From the NCBI GenBank assembly GCA_965279525.1, contig CBDIIB010000005.1:1632001-1696000 (forward strand): DNA of 64,000 bases. Direction: 5' to 3'. Position 1 is the stretch's first letter. Every line of letters starts with the position of its first letter. A program made the position numbers and the translations under genes. Under the pieces are notes generated by a model. That model was given only the letters and a program-made list of their open reading frames with translations, made no database searches and had not been told where the DNA came from. This document shows positions 21,027 through 29,894 of this stretch, one piece after another. The stretch comes from Tagaea sp. Lineage in GTDB: Bacteria > Pseudomonadota > Alphaproteobacteria > CACIAM-22H2.

Positions 21027-24000
21027 GGAACTCCCCTCAGCCGGTCGAGCAGCGCCGGCGCGTCGTTGGATCCCGGGCGCCACAGGCCGCGCTCGCGCGC
21101 CTCGGCGAAGCGTTCGGCCATCTCGCGCAAGGCGGGTGCGTTGACCGATGCGACGAAGTCGCGCGTATCGGCATCGCGCAGGTAGGCGTCGAAAAGCGCG
21201 TCGAACTGGCGGCTTTCCACGCATGGCGTGGTCGCGGCGAAGGCGAACAGGTAGTCGACCGTCGCGGCCATCTCGAATGCACCCTTGTAGCCGTGGCGCT
21301 TGCAGCCGTCGATCCACTTGGGATTGGTCGCGCGCGCACGCACCACGCGGGCGATCTCTTCCTTCAATGTGCGCACCTTGGGTGCTTCGGGCCGCGAGTG
21401 GTCGTTGTGGTAGAGCACGGGCGTGCGGCCGGAAAGCGCGGTCACGGCCGCGGCGAGGCCGCCTTCGAACTGGTAGTAGTCGTCGCTGTCGAGCAGGTCG
21501 TGCTCGCGGTTGTCCTGGTTGTGCAGCACCGCCTCGACCTGCGCGAGGCGCTTCTCGAACAGGTCGTGCGCCGCCTCGCCCTCCGCCCCGGCACGATACG
21601 CATAGCCGCCCCACGCCACGTAGGCGCGCGCGAGGTCGCCGGCATCGGACCAGCCGCCCTCGTCGATCAGCGCCTGGAGCCCGGCCCCATAGGCCCCCGG
21701 CTTCGAGCCGAACACGCGCGTGGCGGCCTCGCGCCCGCCGCCTTCGGCGCGCACGCGCGCGGCAAGCGGATTGAGATGTGCGGGCTCGTCGAGTGCGGCC
21801 ACCTTGCGTGCCGCCGCATCGAACAGGTCGATGAGGCCGGCGAACGCGTCGCGGAAGAAGCCCGACACGCGCAGTGTCACGTCCACGCGCGGCCGGTCGA
21901 GCAGGTCGGTCGACAGCACCTCGAAGCCGGTCACGCGCAGGCTCGACGGGTCCCAGGTGGGCTTGACGCCCATCAGCGCCAGCCCCTGCGCGATGTCGTC
22001 GCCGCCCGTGCGCATGTTGGCGGTCCCCCACGCCGACAGCGCCACGGCCTTGGGCCAGTCGCCGTGGTCCTGCAGGTGGCGCTCCAGCAGCAGCCCGGCC
22101 GATTTCCAGCCGAGCGCCCAGGCCGATGGCGTTGGCACCGCACGCAGATCGACCGAATAGAAGTTCCGGCCAGTGGGCAACACGTCGGGCCGGCCGCGCG
22201 ACGGGGCGCCCGACGGGCCGGGTGCCACGCGCCGCCCGGCGAGCCCGGCGAGCAGTGCCTCGATCTCGCGTGCACCGCTTTCGTCGAAGGCAGGGGCAAG
22301 CGTGTCGGCGATCCAGCCGGCGACCGCGCGGCTGGCGGGGCCGGGAGTTTCGTCGCCGTCGACCAGCCTTGCGGCCTGCGCTTCAAGCGCTTCAAGCGCA
22401 TCGCCGTGCACGGCCATGTCGCAGTCGAGCGGATCGAAGGAAAGACCGCGATCGCGGGCCAGCGCACGCAGCAGCGATTCGTCCTGCGGCCGGTTGCCGA
22501 GGCGTGGGCTGCGCGCAATTGCGACCAGCGTGTCGCGGCGCTGCGTGCCGGTCGGCGAGGTGCCGAACACGTGCAAGCCGTCGCGGATCTGGTGTTCCTT
22601 CAGCTCGCACAGCAGCCCGTCGAGCTTGGGCAGGGCCGTGTCGGCCGCATCGGTTTCGGCGATCCCGCATTCGTCGGCAAGGCCCGTGCGCCTGGCGATA
22701 TCGAGGATTTCGGCGGCGAGCGGCTTCATGCGGCGCGGGTCGAGGCGGCTCGCCTCGTCGTACTCGTCGATCAGCCGTTCGAGGGCCGCCTGCGGGCCGT
22801 GGGCGCCTGCGCGCGTCAGCGGCGGCGTCAGATGGTCGATCGTCACGGCCGACGCCCGGCGCTTGGCTTGCGTGCCTTCGCCCGGGTCGTTGACGATGAA
22901 GGGATAGAGATTGGGTAAGGCCCCGAGGGCCGCTTCAGGGAAGCATTCGTCCGATAGCGCGATGCCCTTGCCCGGCAGCCATTCGAGATTGCCGTGCTTG
23001 CCGACATGCACGACGGCGTCGAAGCTGCGCAGCCACGCATGGAACGCGAGATAGCCGTGCGGCGGGACAAGGGCGGGGTCGTGGTAGGTGGCGGCCGGAT
23101 CGATCTCGTAGCCGCGCGCGGGCTGGATCGCGACCGCGACATTGCCGAACAGGTGCACGGGCAGCACGAAGGCATCGCAATCGATGCGCGGATCGCGTTC
23201 GGCCACCCCCCAGCGCGCATCCACGGCCGCGCGGACCGGCTCCGGCTGTTTTGCGAAGAAGGCGAGATAGTCGGCCAACGGATAGCGGATGCCGCCAGCC
23301 GCAAGCTTGCGCCGGTTGGTCGGGCCGCCGAGCAGCAGCGACATCAAGGCCGCGGAGTCCGGCGGAAACACGTCGAGCGCGTAGCCGGAATCCGCCAACG
23401 CCTTCAGGATCGCGCAGGTCGCCGCCGGCGTGTCGAGACCGACACCGTTGGCAAGCCGCCCGTCCTTGCCCGGATAGTTGGCGAGCACGAGCGCGACCTT
23501 GCGCGCATCGGGCGCCTTGCGGCGCAGCTTCACCCAGTTGGCGGCGAGATCGGCGACGAACGCCACGCGGCCCGGTTCCGGCACGAAGCCGACGAGCTCG
23601 GTCTGGCAACTTTCGTCGCGCCCCAGCGGCCCCTTGAAGCCGACGGCGCGCGACAGGATGCGCCCGTCGAGTTCCGGCAGAGCCACGTTCATCGCGATGT
23701 CGCGCGGCGCAAGGCCGCGCGTGTCGGTCCGCCACGCCTCGACCGTCTGTGCGGCGAGCACCGCCTGCAGGACGGGCACGTCGAACGCGGCGAGCGGATC
23801 GCCTTCGCCCACGGCAAAGCCGGTGAGGTTGATCGCGATGTCGGGCGGGTTTGCGGCAAGCTCGGCCGCGAGGAACGCCGCGACCGCGGCGTCCTTCAGG
23901 CTCGACACGTAGAAGGCGTGCACGTCGAGGGCCCGTGCGGCAAGCGCTTCGACCAGTGCTTCGACCGCCGCAAGATCGCCCGCCTGATAATGCGCGCGAT

Positions 24001-24577
24001 AGAAGACGAGGGCCGCGACAGGTGCGCCGGGCCGCGCATGCGCGTGCACGAGGCGACCGGCGCGCGCGACGGGAACGGGCGGCGGTGCCGCCGTCGTGCC
24101 TTTGAGGAGATCGTCGAGGAAGGCGAGCGCGGCTTCGTAGTTCGCCGGCCCGCCATGCGTGAAGCAGGCATGCAGGCGGGCATGTGCCTCCGGCGTCACG
24201 GTCGAAAGCTGTTCGAGCTCGGCATCGCGCTTCTCGTCGCCGGGCAGCAACGCCAGCAGGGCGCCGGTCGCGCGCGCGGTCTCGACCAGCCGGTCCACGC
24301 CATAAGGCCAGTAGCTGCGCCCGCCCAGCAGGCGTGCCACGATGACCTTCGCCTTCCCGAGCGTCCTGTCGACATAGAGATCGACCGAATAGGGATGCTT
24401 GAGGGCGAGCGCGTTGGCGAGCCGCAGCTTCGTGCCCGTCGCGCGCCTGGCGCGCGCCAGCCCGACGATCTCGCTGTCGGCCATCGTAAGCACGCAGATG
24501 TCGGCCGCCGACTGGGCGAGATCGACCGCCCGGTCGTCGTCGAGGACAGTCCCCGGCGTGGCGGCCAGCAGATGCAT
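21023..24577 (-). CDS. cobN: Cobaltochelatase subunit CobN
   Basis: MHLL N-terminus, LPELDGR, HVGKHGNLEWLPGK, VNDPGEG, DHLTPP, LPTGRNFY, DVTLRVSGFFRD, HNQDNREHD. Confidence 0.95.
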   Translation of the reverse strand: MHLLAATPGTVLDDDRAVDLAQSAADICVLTMADSEIVGLARARRATGTKLRLANALALKHPYSVDLYVDRTLGKAKVIVARLLGGRSYWPYGVDRLVETARATGALLALLPGDEKRDAELEQLSTVTPEAHARLHACFTHGGPANYEAALAFLDDLLKGTTAAPPPVPVARAGRLVHAHARPGAPVAALVFYRAHYQAGDLAAVEALVEALAARALDVHAFYVSSLKDAAVAAFLAAELAANPPDIAINLTGFAVGEGDPLAAFDVPVLQAVLAAQTVEAWRTDTRGLAPRDIAMNVALPELDGRILSRAVGFKGPLGRDESCQTELVGFVPEPGRVAFVADLAANWVKLRRKAPDARKVALVLANYPGKDGRLANGVGLDTPAATCAILKALADSGYALDVFPPDSAALMSLLLGGPTNRRKLAAGGIRYPLADYLAFFAKQPEPVRAAVDARWGVAERDPRIDCDAFVLPVHLFGNVAVAIQPARGYEIDPAATYHDPALVPPHGYLAFHAWLRSFDAVVHVGKHGNLEWLPGKGIALSDECFPEAALGALPNLYPFIVNDPGEGTQAKRRASAVTIDHLTPPLTRAGAHGPQAALERLIDEYDEASRLDPRRMKPLAAEILDIARRTGLADECGIAETDAADTALPKLDGLLCELKEHQIRDGLHVFGTSPTGTQRRDTLVAIARSPRLGNRPQDESLLRALARDRGLSFDPLDCDMAVHGDALEALEAQAARLVDGDETPGPASRAVAGWIADTLAPAFDESGAREIEALLAGLAGRRVAPGPSGAPSRGRPDVLPTGRNFYSVDLRAVPTPSAWALGWKSAGLLLERHLQDHGDWPKAVALSAWGTANMRTGGDDIAQGLALMGVKPTWDPSSLRVTGFEVLSTDLLDRPRVDVTLRVSGFFRDAFAGLIDLFDAAARKVAALDEPAHLNPLAARVRAEGGGREAATRVFGSKPGAYGAGLQALIDEGGWSDAGDLARAYVAWGGYAYRAGAEGEAAHDLFEKRLAQVEAVLHNQDNREHDLLDSDDYYQFEGGLAAAVTALSGRTPVLYHNDHSRPEAPKVRTLKEEIARVVRARATNPKWIDGCKRHGYKGAFEMAATVDYLFAFAATTPCVESRQFDALFDAYLRDADTRDFVASVNAPALREMAERFAEARERGLWRPGSNDAPALLDRLRGVP

Positions 24578-25599
24578 CAGGCGAGGGCCGCGCGGATCGC
24601 GTGCTGGTCGATGCCCTTCTTGCCGATCACGACGAGCCGGCTGGCGCGTTCCTCGCCCTCGGCCCACGCGCGGTCGAAGTAGCGATCGACGCGCGGGCCC
24701 ACGGCCTGCACGGCAAGGCGCATCGGCTTGCCGGGCACGTCGAGAAAACCCTTGGCGCGCAGCACGTCGTGCCGTTCGATCGCGGCGACGAGCCGGCGTT
24801 CGAACGCGACCGGGTCGGCGACCGTGCCGGGTTCGACGACGAAGCTGTCGAAATCGTCGTGGTCGTGCTCGCCCTCGGCATCCGCGTGGCTGGGCCGGCT
24901 GGCGAGATCGTCTTCCGCGCGCGCGTCGAGGCCGAGCAGCACCGCAAGCGGAACGTCGCCGTGCGAGGCGGAAACAAGCTTGGCGCCCTTGCGCAGCCTG
25001 GCTGTCAGCTCGTCCGTCAGGCGCACGCGGTCGGGCGCGTCCATCGTGTCGGCCTTGGTCAGGAGCACCAGATCGGCGCAGGCGAGCTGGTCGGTGAACA
25101 CTTCCTCGAGCGGGTTGTCGTGATCGAGCGCCGGATCGGCCGCGCGCTGGGCGGCCAGCGCTTCCTCGTCGTCGGCGAAGCGGCCGGCGGCGAGGGCCGG
25201 GCCGTCGACCAGCGTCACCACGCCGTCGACCGTCGCGCGCGCCTTGACCGACGGCCAGTTGAACGCCTGCACGAGCGGCTTTGGCAACGCGAGGCCCGAC
25301 GTCTCGATCACGATGTGGTCGAGGGCGGGGACGCGGGCCAGCAGCGCTTCGAGCGTGGGCAGAAAATCGTCGGCGACGGTGCAGCAGATGCAGCCGTTGG
25401 CAAGCTCGACCACGTCGCCGGGCGCGCACGCATCGTCGCCGCAGCCCAGCAGCAGCTCGCGGTCCATGCCAAGCGCCCCGAACTCGTTGATGACGAAGGC
25501 GATGCGCCGGCCGTCCGCGCGCGCGGCGATGCGGCGCAGCAGCGTCGTCTTGCCGGCACCAAGGAAACCCGTGACGACGGTTGCGGGAACGCGCTTCAT
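24577..25599 (-). CDS. cobW: Cobalamin biosynthesis GTPase CobW (COG0523)
   Basis: TGFLGAGKTT, NEFG, ELANGCICC, ETSGLALP, LDHDNPL, His patch, RAKGF. Confidence 0.95.
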   Translation of the reverse strand: MKRVPATVVTGFLGAGKTTLLRRIAARADGRRIAFVINEFGALGMDRELLLGCGDDACAPGDVVELANGCICCTVADDFLPTLEALLARVPALDHIVIETSGLALPKPLVQAFNWPSVKARATVDGVVTLVDGPALAAGRFADDEEALAAQRAADPALDHDNPLEEVFTDQLACADLVLLTKADTMDAPDRVRLTDELTARLRKGAKLVSASHGDVPLAVLLGLDARAEDDLASRPSHADAEGEHDHDDFDSFVVEPGTVADPVAFERRLVAAIERHDVLRAKGFLDVPGKPMRLAVQAVGPRVDRYFDRAWAEGEERASRLVVIGKKGIDQHAIRAALA

Positions 25600-26162
25600 T
25601 TCTTCGATCCTTTCAAGAACAGCGGCAGTCCGGCCGCCACGAAAACCACGTGGGAAGCGACAGCACCGACCGCCTGATGCAGGCGGCCGGCATGGTCGCG
25701 GAATTCGCGGGCCATCGCGTTGTCGGGCACGATGCCGAGGCCCACTTCGTTGGAAACCAGCACGACCGGCCCCTTCGCGCGTTTCAGCGCCGCGCACAGC
25801 GTTTCGGTCTGCGCCGCGATGTCGCGCCGTGCCCCGAGCAGGTTGGCAAGCCACAGCGTCAGGCAGTCGACCAGCACCGGGGCGCCAGGCCTTGCGTGCG
25901 TGTCGAGGATGCCGGCGATGTCGAGCGGCTCTTCGTGTGTCGTCCAGTGCGCGCCACGCCGCTTGCGATGCACGTCGATGCGGTCACGCATCTCGCCGTC
26001 GCGCGGTTCGGCGGTCGCCAGATAGAGCGCCTTGGCACGCCCGCGCCGCAGGGCGAGCGCGCGCGTCTCGGCGAACGCGCTCTTGCCCGAGCGTGCACCG
26101 CCCAGGACGAGCACGATGGAATTTTTCTTGTCCGGCTTACGCGCGGACGGTCTTCCGGCCAT
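25596..26162 (-). CDS. cobU: Bifunctional adenosylcobinamide kinase / cobinamide-phosphate guanylyltransferase (CobU/CobP)
   Basis: GGARSGKS, DGEM..RI..H, VDCLTLW, VSNEVG.GIVP, FRD..G. Confidence 0.95.
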   Translation of the reverse strand: MAGRPSARKPDKKNSIVLVLGGARSGKSAFAETRALALRRGRAKALYLATAEPRDGEMRDRIDVHRKRRGAHWTTHEEPLDIAGILDTHARPGAPVLVDCLTLWLANLLGARRDIAAQTETLCAALKRAKGPVVLVSNEVGLGIVPDNAMAREFRDHAGRLHQAVGAVASHVVFVAAGLPLFLKGSKK

Positions 26163-26235
26163 TTCGCACCTGTTCCTCCCGCCGAGGACGGTTGTTGGTG
26201 GACGAACGCATGCGGAAATCCGCGCGTGCTCGGCT

Positions 26236-26424
26236 ATCCGGGAGGTCTCCTGGCTCGGGGTCGACGGCCTGCCGCTCGGCGCCTTCCCGACCGCGGCGTG
26301 CGGCCAGTGGCTTTCGGAATGGCGGCGGACCTAACCCTTACAGTTGCGGGGGCAGCGCCGGGTTGGCATGCGAGGCATAAAAACTATGCCGAAACACGCT
26401 TCACCGGTCTTCCCTGTCCGGATG
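26236..26424 (-). ncRNA. Cobalamin (AdoCbl) riboswitch upstream of cobU-cobW-cobN-cobO-cobQ
   Basis: Minus strand reads AGGGAA-GACCGGTG ... CCGGCGCTGCCCCCGCAACTGTAA ... GCCACTG ... GGGAAGG ... GAGCCAGGAGACCT (B12 box); closing helix ATCCGG/CCGGAT; downstream TCCTC/GAGGA hairpin covers the cobU SD. Confidence 0.93.
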
Positions 26425-26482
26425 CAGGGACGTTACTATCACGCCGAATTGGTGGAAACCAGCAGGCAGAAGGCGGAACGCC

Positions 26483-27310
26483 ATGCACCGGGGACTTGTC
26501 GGAATTCTCGCGGGAATCGCGGCCCTGCTGGCTGCCGGGCCGCTTGGCGCCCAGTCGCCCGGCCCGCCGCAGGGCACGATCCTGCAGCGCGCGCAGGAGG
26601 CCATTCCCGACAAGGTCAAGTTCGGCCAGCAGATCGGTGTCAGCAACCGCGTGACGCGCGACGGCCGCTTGTTCGTGACGACGTGGTCGCCGCTGCCGTC
26701 GCCCAAGGGCTGGATCGTCGTGCTGCCCGATGCCAAAGGCTGGGCACAGGAAGAAATCGCGCTGTGGCACCCCACGCTGGTGCGCCGCCAGGTCGGCATC
26801 ATTGCCATGCAGTGGTGGTACGGCACGGGCGACGGCCCCGCGCATTATGCGCAGGCCGACGTGATCTACCGCGAACTCGAGCAGGCCTTGCGCACGGTCG
26901 GCATGAAGCCCGGCTCGCTGCTGCTCTACGGCATCGGCCGCGGCGCCGAAACGGCGTTCGCGGTGCAGGCCCTCGACCGGCATTCCGGCGGGCGGTTCTT
27001 CGCGGCGACGATCGTCAACTCGGGTGCCATGGCCGAGGATCTGCCCGCCAACCGGCGCGTGGCGCAAGGCCAGTTCGGCCTCGGGCCGTTCGACGACACG
27101 CGCTGGATGTACTTCTGCGGCGGCAGGGATGCCGAGCCCGAGCGCGCGGGCTGCGCCACGATGCGCGGTGCCTTCAACGCCGTGAAGCGCTTCGGCGGCA
27201 AGAACGAACTGTTCGTCGAGGACCCGGCCGGCAACCGCGCCAGCTTCCTGCGCACCGCAAAGAACGTCGATGCGGTGCTGGACAAATACCTGTCGTTGCC
27301 GCGCCCCTGA
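26483..27310 (+). CDS. Exported alpha/beta-hydrolase-fold protein, apparently lacking the catalytic Ser and His
   Basis: Signal peptide; hydrolase-like strand order; nucleophile elbow reads LYGIGRG. Confidence 0.7.
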   Translation: MHRGLVGILAGIAALLAAGPLGAQSPGPPQGTILQRAQEAIPDKVKFGQQIGVSNRVTRDGRLFVTTWSPLPSPKGWIVVLPDAKGWAQEEIALWHPTLVRRQVGIIAMQWWYGTGDGPAHYAQADVIYRELEQALRTVGMKPGSLLLYGIGRGAETAFAVQALDRHSGGRFFAATIVNSGAMAEDLPANRRVAQGQFGLGPFDDTRWMYFCGGRDAEPERAGCATMRGAFNAVKRFGGKNELFVEDPAGNRASFLRTAKNVDAVLDKYLSLPRP

Positions 27311-27333
27311 TCGTCGGACTCAGGCCGCCCGCC

Positions 27334-27975
27334 TCAGGCCGGCGGACGGTTGACGAAACCCACCCGCCACGAATGGCCGATGCCGGCCCCGTCGAGCCGG
27401 TCGATGCGCGTGACCGACAGCGTGTCGATCGTCAGGGCGAGGGCCGCTTCCGAATCGAGGCCCAGCGCATGGGCCACGCACGCGCGGATCGTGCCGCCAT
27501 GGCAGACGACCGGCACGTCCTGCCCGCGGAAATTCGCGGCAAGCTCGTCGAGCGTGCGGCCGACGCGGGCGCGCACTTCCTTGAAGCTCTCGCCGTTGTC
27601 CGGCTTGATGTCGGCCATCGTCAGCCAATGGCGGTGCGTCTTCTCCGGCGGACCGAAGCCGTAGGCGCCGATCTCCACATACGTCTTGCCCTGCCAGTCG
27701 CCGAAGCACTGCTCGATCATGCCGGGCGAGACGGTCGGCTCGGGCTGCGGCTTGCCCTTGGCGGCCCAGATCGCCTTTGCCGTGCGCTGCGTGCGCGACA
27801 GCGGCGTGACGTGCCAGGCACCCTTGTCGGGCACGATGCGCGCGAGACCGGCGAAGGCGGCTTCGTTCGTCGTGTCGCACTCGACGTCCTTGGTGCCGTA
27901 GCAGTGGCCTTGCTGGCCGACGACCGGGGCGTGACGCACCAGCCAGAAACGCGTTTCGATCAGGCCTTCGATCAT
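27334..27975 (-). CDS. cobC: Histidine phosphatase family protein, CobC-like alpha-ribazole phosphatase
   Basis: LVRHA, PLSRTQRT, E..FGDWQG, GES, VCHGG; directly downstream of cobS. Confidence 0.75.
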   Translation of the reverse strand: MIEGLIETRFWLVRHAPVVGQQGHCYGTKDVECDTTNEAAFAGLARIVPDKGAWHVTPLSRTQRTAKAIWAAKGKPQPEPTVSPGMIEQCFGDWQGKTYVEIGAYGFGPPEKTHRHWLTMADIKPDNGESFKEVRARVGRTLDELAANFRGQDVPVVCHGGTIRACVAHALGLDSEAALALTIDTLSVTRIDRLDGAGIGHSWRVGFVNRPPA

Positions 27976-27985
27976 TGGAACCTCT

Positions 27986-28774
27986 TCACCAGGATTGCGC
28001 GATAAGTGCTGCCAGCAGGATGGCGATCTCCGCCATCTGCTGGACGCTTCCGAGAACGTCGCCGGTCTGCCCGCCGAGGAGGCCGCGCGCCCGATGCACG
28101 ACCGCAAGCGTCGCGAAAGCGGCAAGCGGCAATGCCACCAGCGCGCCCGGCCCGCCCATCGCCAGCAGGAAGACCGCACCGATGGCGAGCGCGTCGAGCG
28201 TGCGCGCCTGGCTCGGCCGGCCGGCGCGCCGCGCCATCCCGTCGTCGCGCGCGAAGGGCAGCACGTGCATGGCGTAGACGATGCAGGCGCGCGACGCGCA
28301 CGACGCGGCGACAAGCACGCACGCCACGTCGAAGGGATCGGCAAGATAGGAGAGTGCTCCGGCGCGCAGCGAGACCGACACGATCAACGCGAGAACGCCG
28401 AACGCGCCGATGCGGCTGTCGCGCATCACGGCAAGGCGGCGCTCGGGGTCGCGCACCCCGGCAGCGTCAGCAAAATCGGCAAGGCCGTCTTCGTGGAGGG
28501 CCCCGGTCGTCATCATCATGGCGGCAAGCGCCAGCAGGCCGGATAGCGTCGGCGGAATCCCGAGAGTCCAGGCAATCGCGTAGACGAACGAGCCGGCGAA
28601 CGCCACCGGCAGGCCCGCGAACGGGAAGGCGCGCACCGCCGCGGCAAGCGGATTGTCGGCGACGTGCATGGGCAGGCGCACGGGGATGCGCGTCAGGAAG
28701 GCGAGGGCGAGGCGCAGCTCGTTGCCGAATCCCGGCCGGGCGGTGGTCTCGTCGGGATCGGGGGCGGCGGACAT
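27986..28774 (-). CDS. cobS: Adenosylcobinamide-GDP ribazoletransferase (CobS/CobV)
   Basis: FLTRIP, TGALHEDGLADFAD, MRDSRIGAFG, GGQTGDVLG. Confidence 0.93.
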   Translation of the reverse strand: MSAAPDPDETTARPGFGNELRLALAFLTRIPVRLPMHVADNPLAAAVRAFPFAGLPVAFAGSFVYAIAWTLGIPPTLSGLLALAAMMMTTGALHEDGLADFADAAGVRDPERRLAVMRDSRIGAFGVLALIVSVSLRAGALSYLADPFDVACVLVAASCASRACIVYAMHVLPFARDDGMARRAGRPSQARTLDALAIGAVFLLAMGGPGALVALPLAAFATLAVVHRARGLLGGQTGDVLGSVQQMAEIAILLAALIAQSW

Positions 28775-28870
28775 TCGGGGGCGGGCCGTAAACGCGGGCT
28801 TGCGGAGAAGGGCGCGGGAAGATAGGACGCCTTCGTCACCGACGCCAGCCAAGAAAGCCCGCCCCCTCAA

Positions 28871-29890
28871 ATGCGCCAGCCCGTCGCCCGCTTTTCCGAG
28901 ATCCTCTCCCTGTTGCCCGAGCTGCCGGGGCCGGACCTCGAATCCACGACGAAAGCGGCACTTCGCGAGGCCCAGCTCACCAAGCCCGCCGGTGCACTCG
29001 GCCGGCTTGAGGAACTGGCAGGCTGGATGTCGACCTGGCAGGCGGCCCATCCGCCGCGCCTCAACCGTCCGCGCGTCGCGGTCTTCGCCGCCAATCACGG
29101 GGTCGCGGCGCGCGGCGTGTCGGCATTTCCGGCCGCCGTCACCGCCCAGATGGTGCAGAACTTCATTTCCGGCGGGGCGGCGGTCAACCAGCTCTGCACC
29201 GCGTTCGACGCCGAACTGCGCGTCTACGAAATGGCGCTCGAGCGGCCGACCGCGGATTTCGCCCAGGGCCCCGCGATGGACGAGGAAGAGTGTGCGCGCG
29301 CCATCGCCTACGGGATGATGGCGGTGGAGCCGGGCATCGACCTGCTGTGCCTGGGCGAGATGGGCATCGCCAACACGACGTCGGCCTCGGCCCTGTGCGT
29401 GGGCCTGTTCGGCGGGACGGCCGTCGACTGGGTCGGGCCGGGGACGGGCGTTGCCGGATCGGCGCTGGCGCGCAAGATCGAGACGGTCGACATTGCCGCG
29501 AAACTGCATTTCCAGGAAAGGCGCGCCCCGCTCGACCTGCTCGCGCGCGTCGGCGGCTTCGAGCTGTCGGCCATCGTCGGTGCCATCCTTGCCGCACGCC
29601 TGGCGCGCGTCCCGGTTCTGCTCGACGGGTTCGCCTGCACGGTCGCAGGCGCCATCGTCCACGCGCTCGATCCGCACGGGCTCGACCATTGCCAGATCGC
29701 CCACCTGTCGGCGGAGCCCGGCCACCGCCGGCTGCTCGACAAGCTCGGCCGCACGGCCCTGCTCGATTTCGGCATGCGGCTGGGCGAGGCGTCGGGGGCG
29801 GCCCTTGCCATCGCGGTCGTGCGCGCGGCGGTGGCCTGCCACACCGGCATGGCGACGTTCGCGGATGCCGGCGTGGCGGGGAAGGCCTGA
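28871..29890 (+). CDS. cobT: Nicotinate-nucleotide--dimethylbenzimidazole phosphoribosyltransferase
   Basis: LTKPAGALGRLE, AANHGV, GEMGIANTT, GGFE, MRLGEASG. Confidence 0.95.
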   Translation: MRQPVARFSEILSLLPELPGPDLESTTKAALREAQLTKPAGALGRLEELAGWMSTWQAAHPPRLNRPRVAVFAANHGVAARGVSAFPAAVTAQMVQNFISGGAAVNQLCTAFDAELRVYEMALERPTADFAQGPAMDEEECARAIAYGMMAVEPGIDLLCLGEMGIANTTSASALCVGLFGGTAVDWVGPGTGVAGSALARKIETVDIAAKLHFQERRAPLDLLARVGGFELSAIVGAILAARLARVPVLLDGFACTVAGAIVHALDPHGLDHCQIAHLSAEPGHRRLLDKLGRTALLDFGMRLGEASGAALAIAVVRAAVACHTGMATFADAGVAGKA

Positions 29891-29894
29891 CCCG

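Noticed and set aside
27334-27975. RHA instead of RHG in the CobC-like phosphatase, suggesting inactivation
   Set aside because: The catalytic Arg-His and the second His (HGG) are retained; RHA is a common variant
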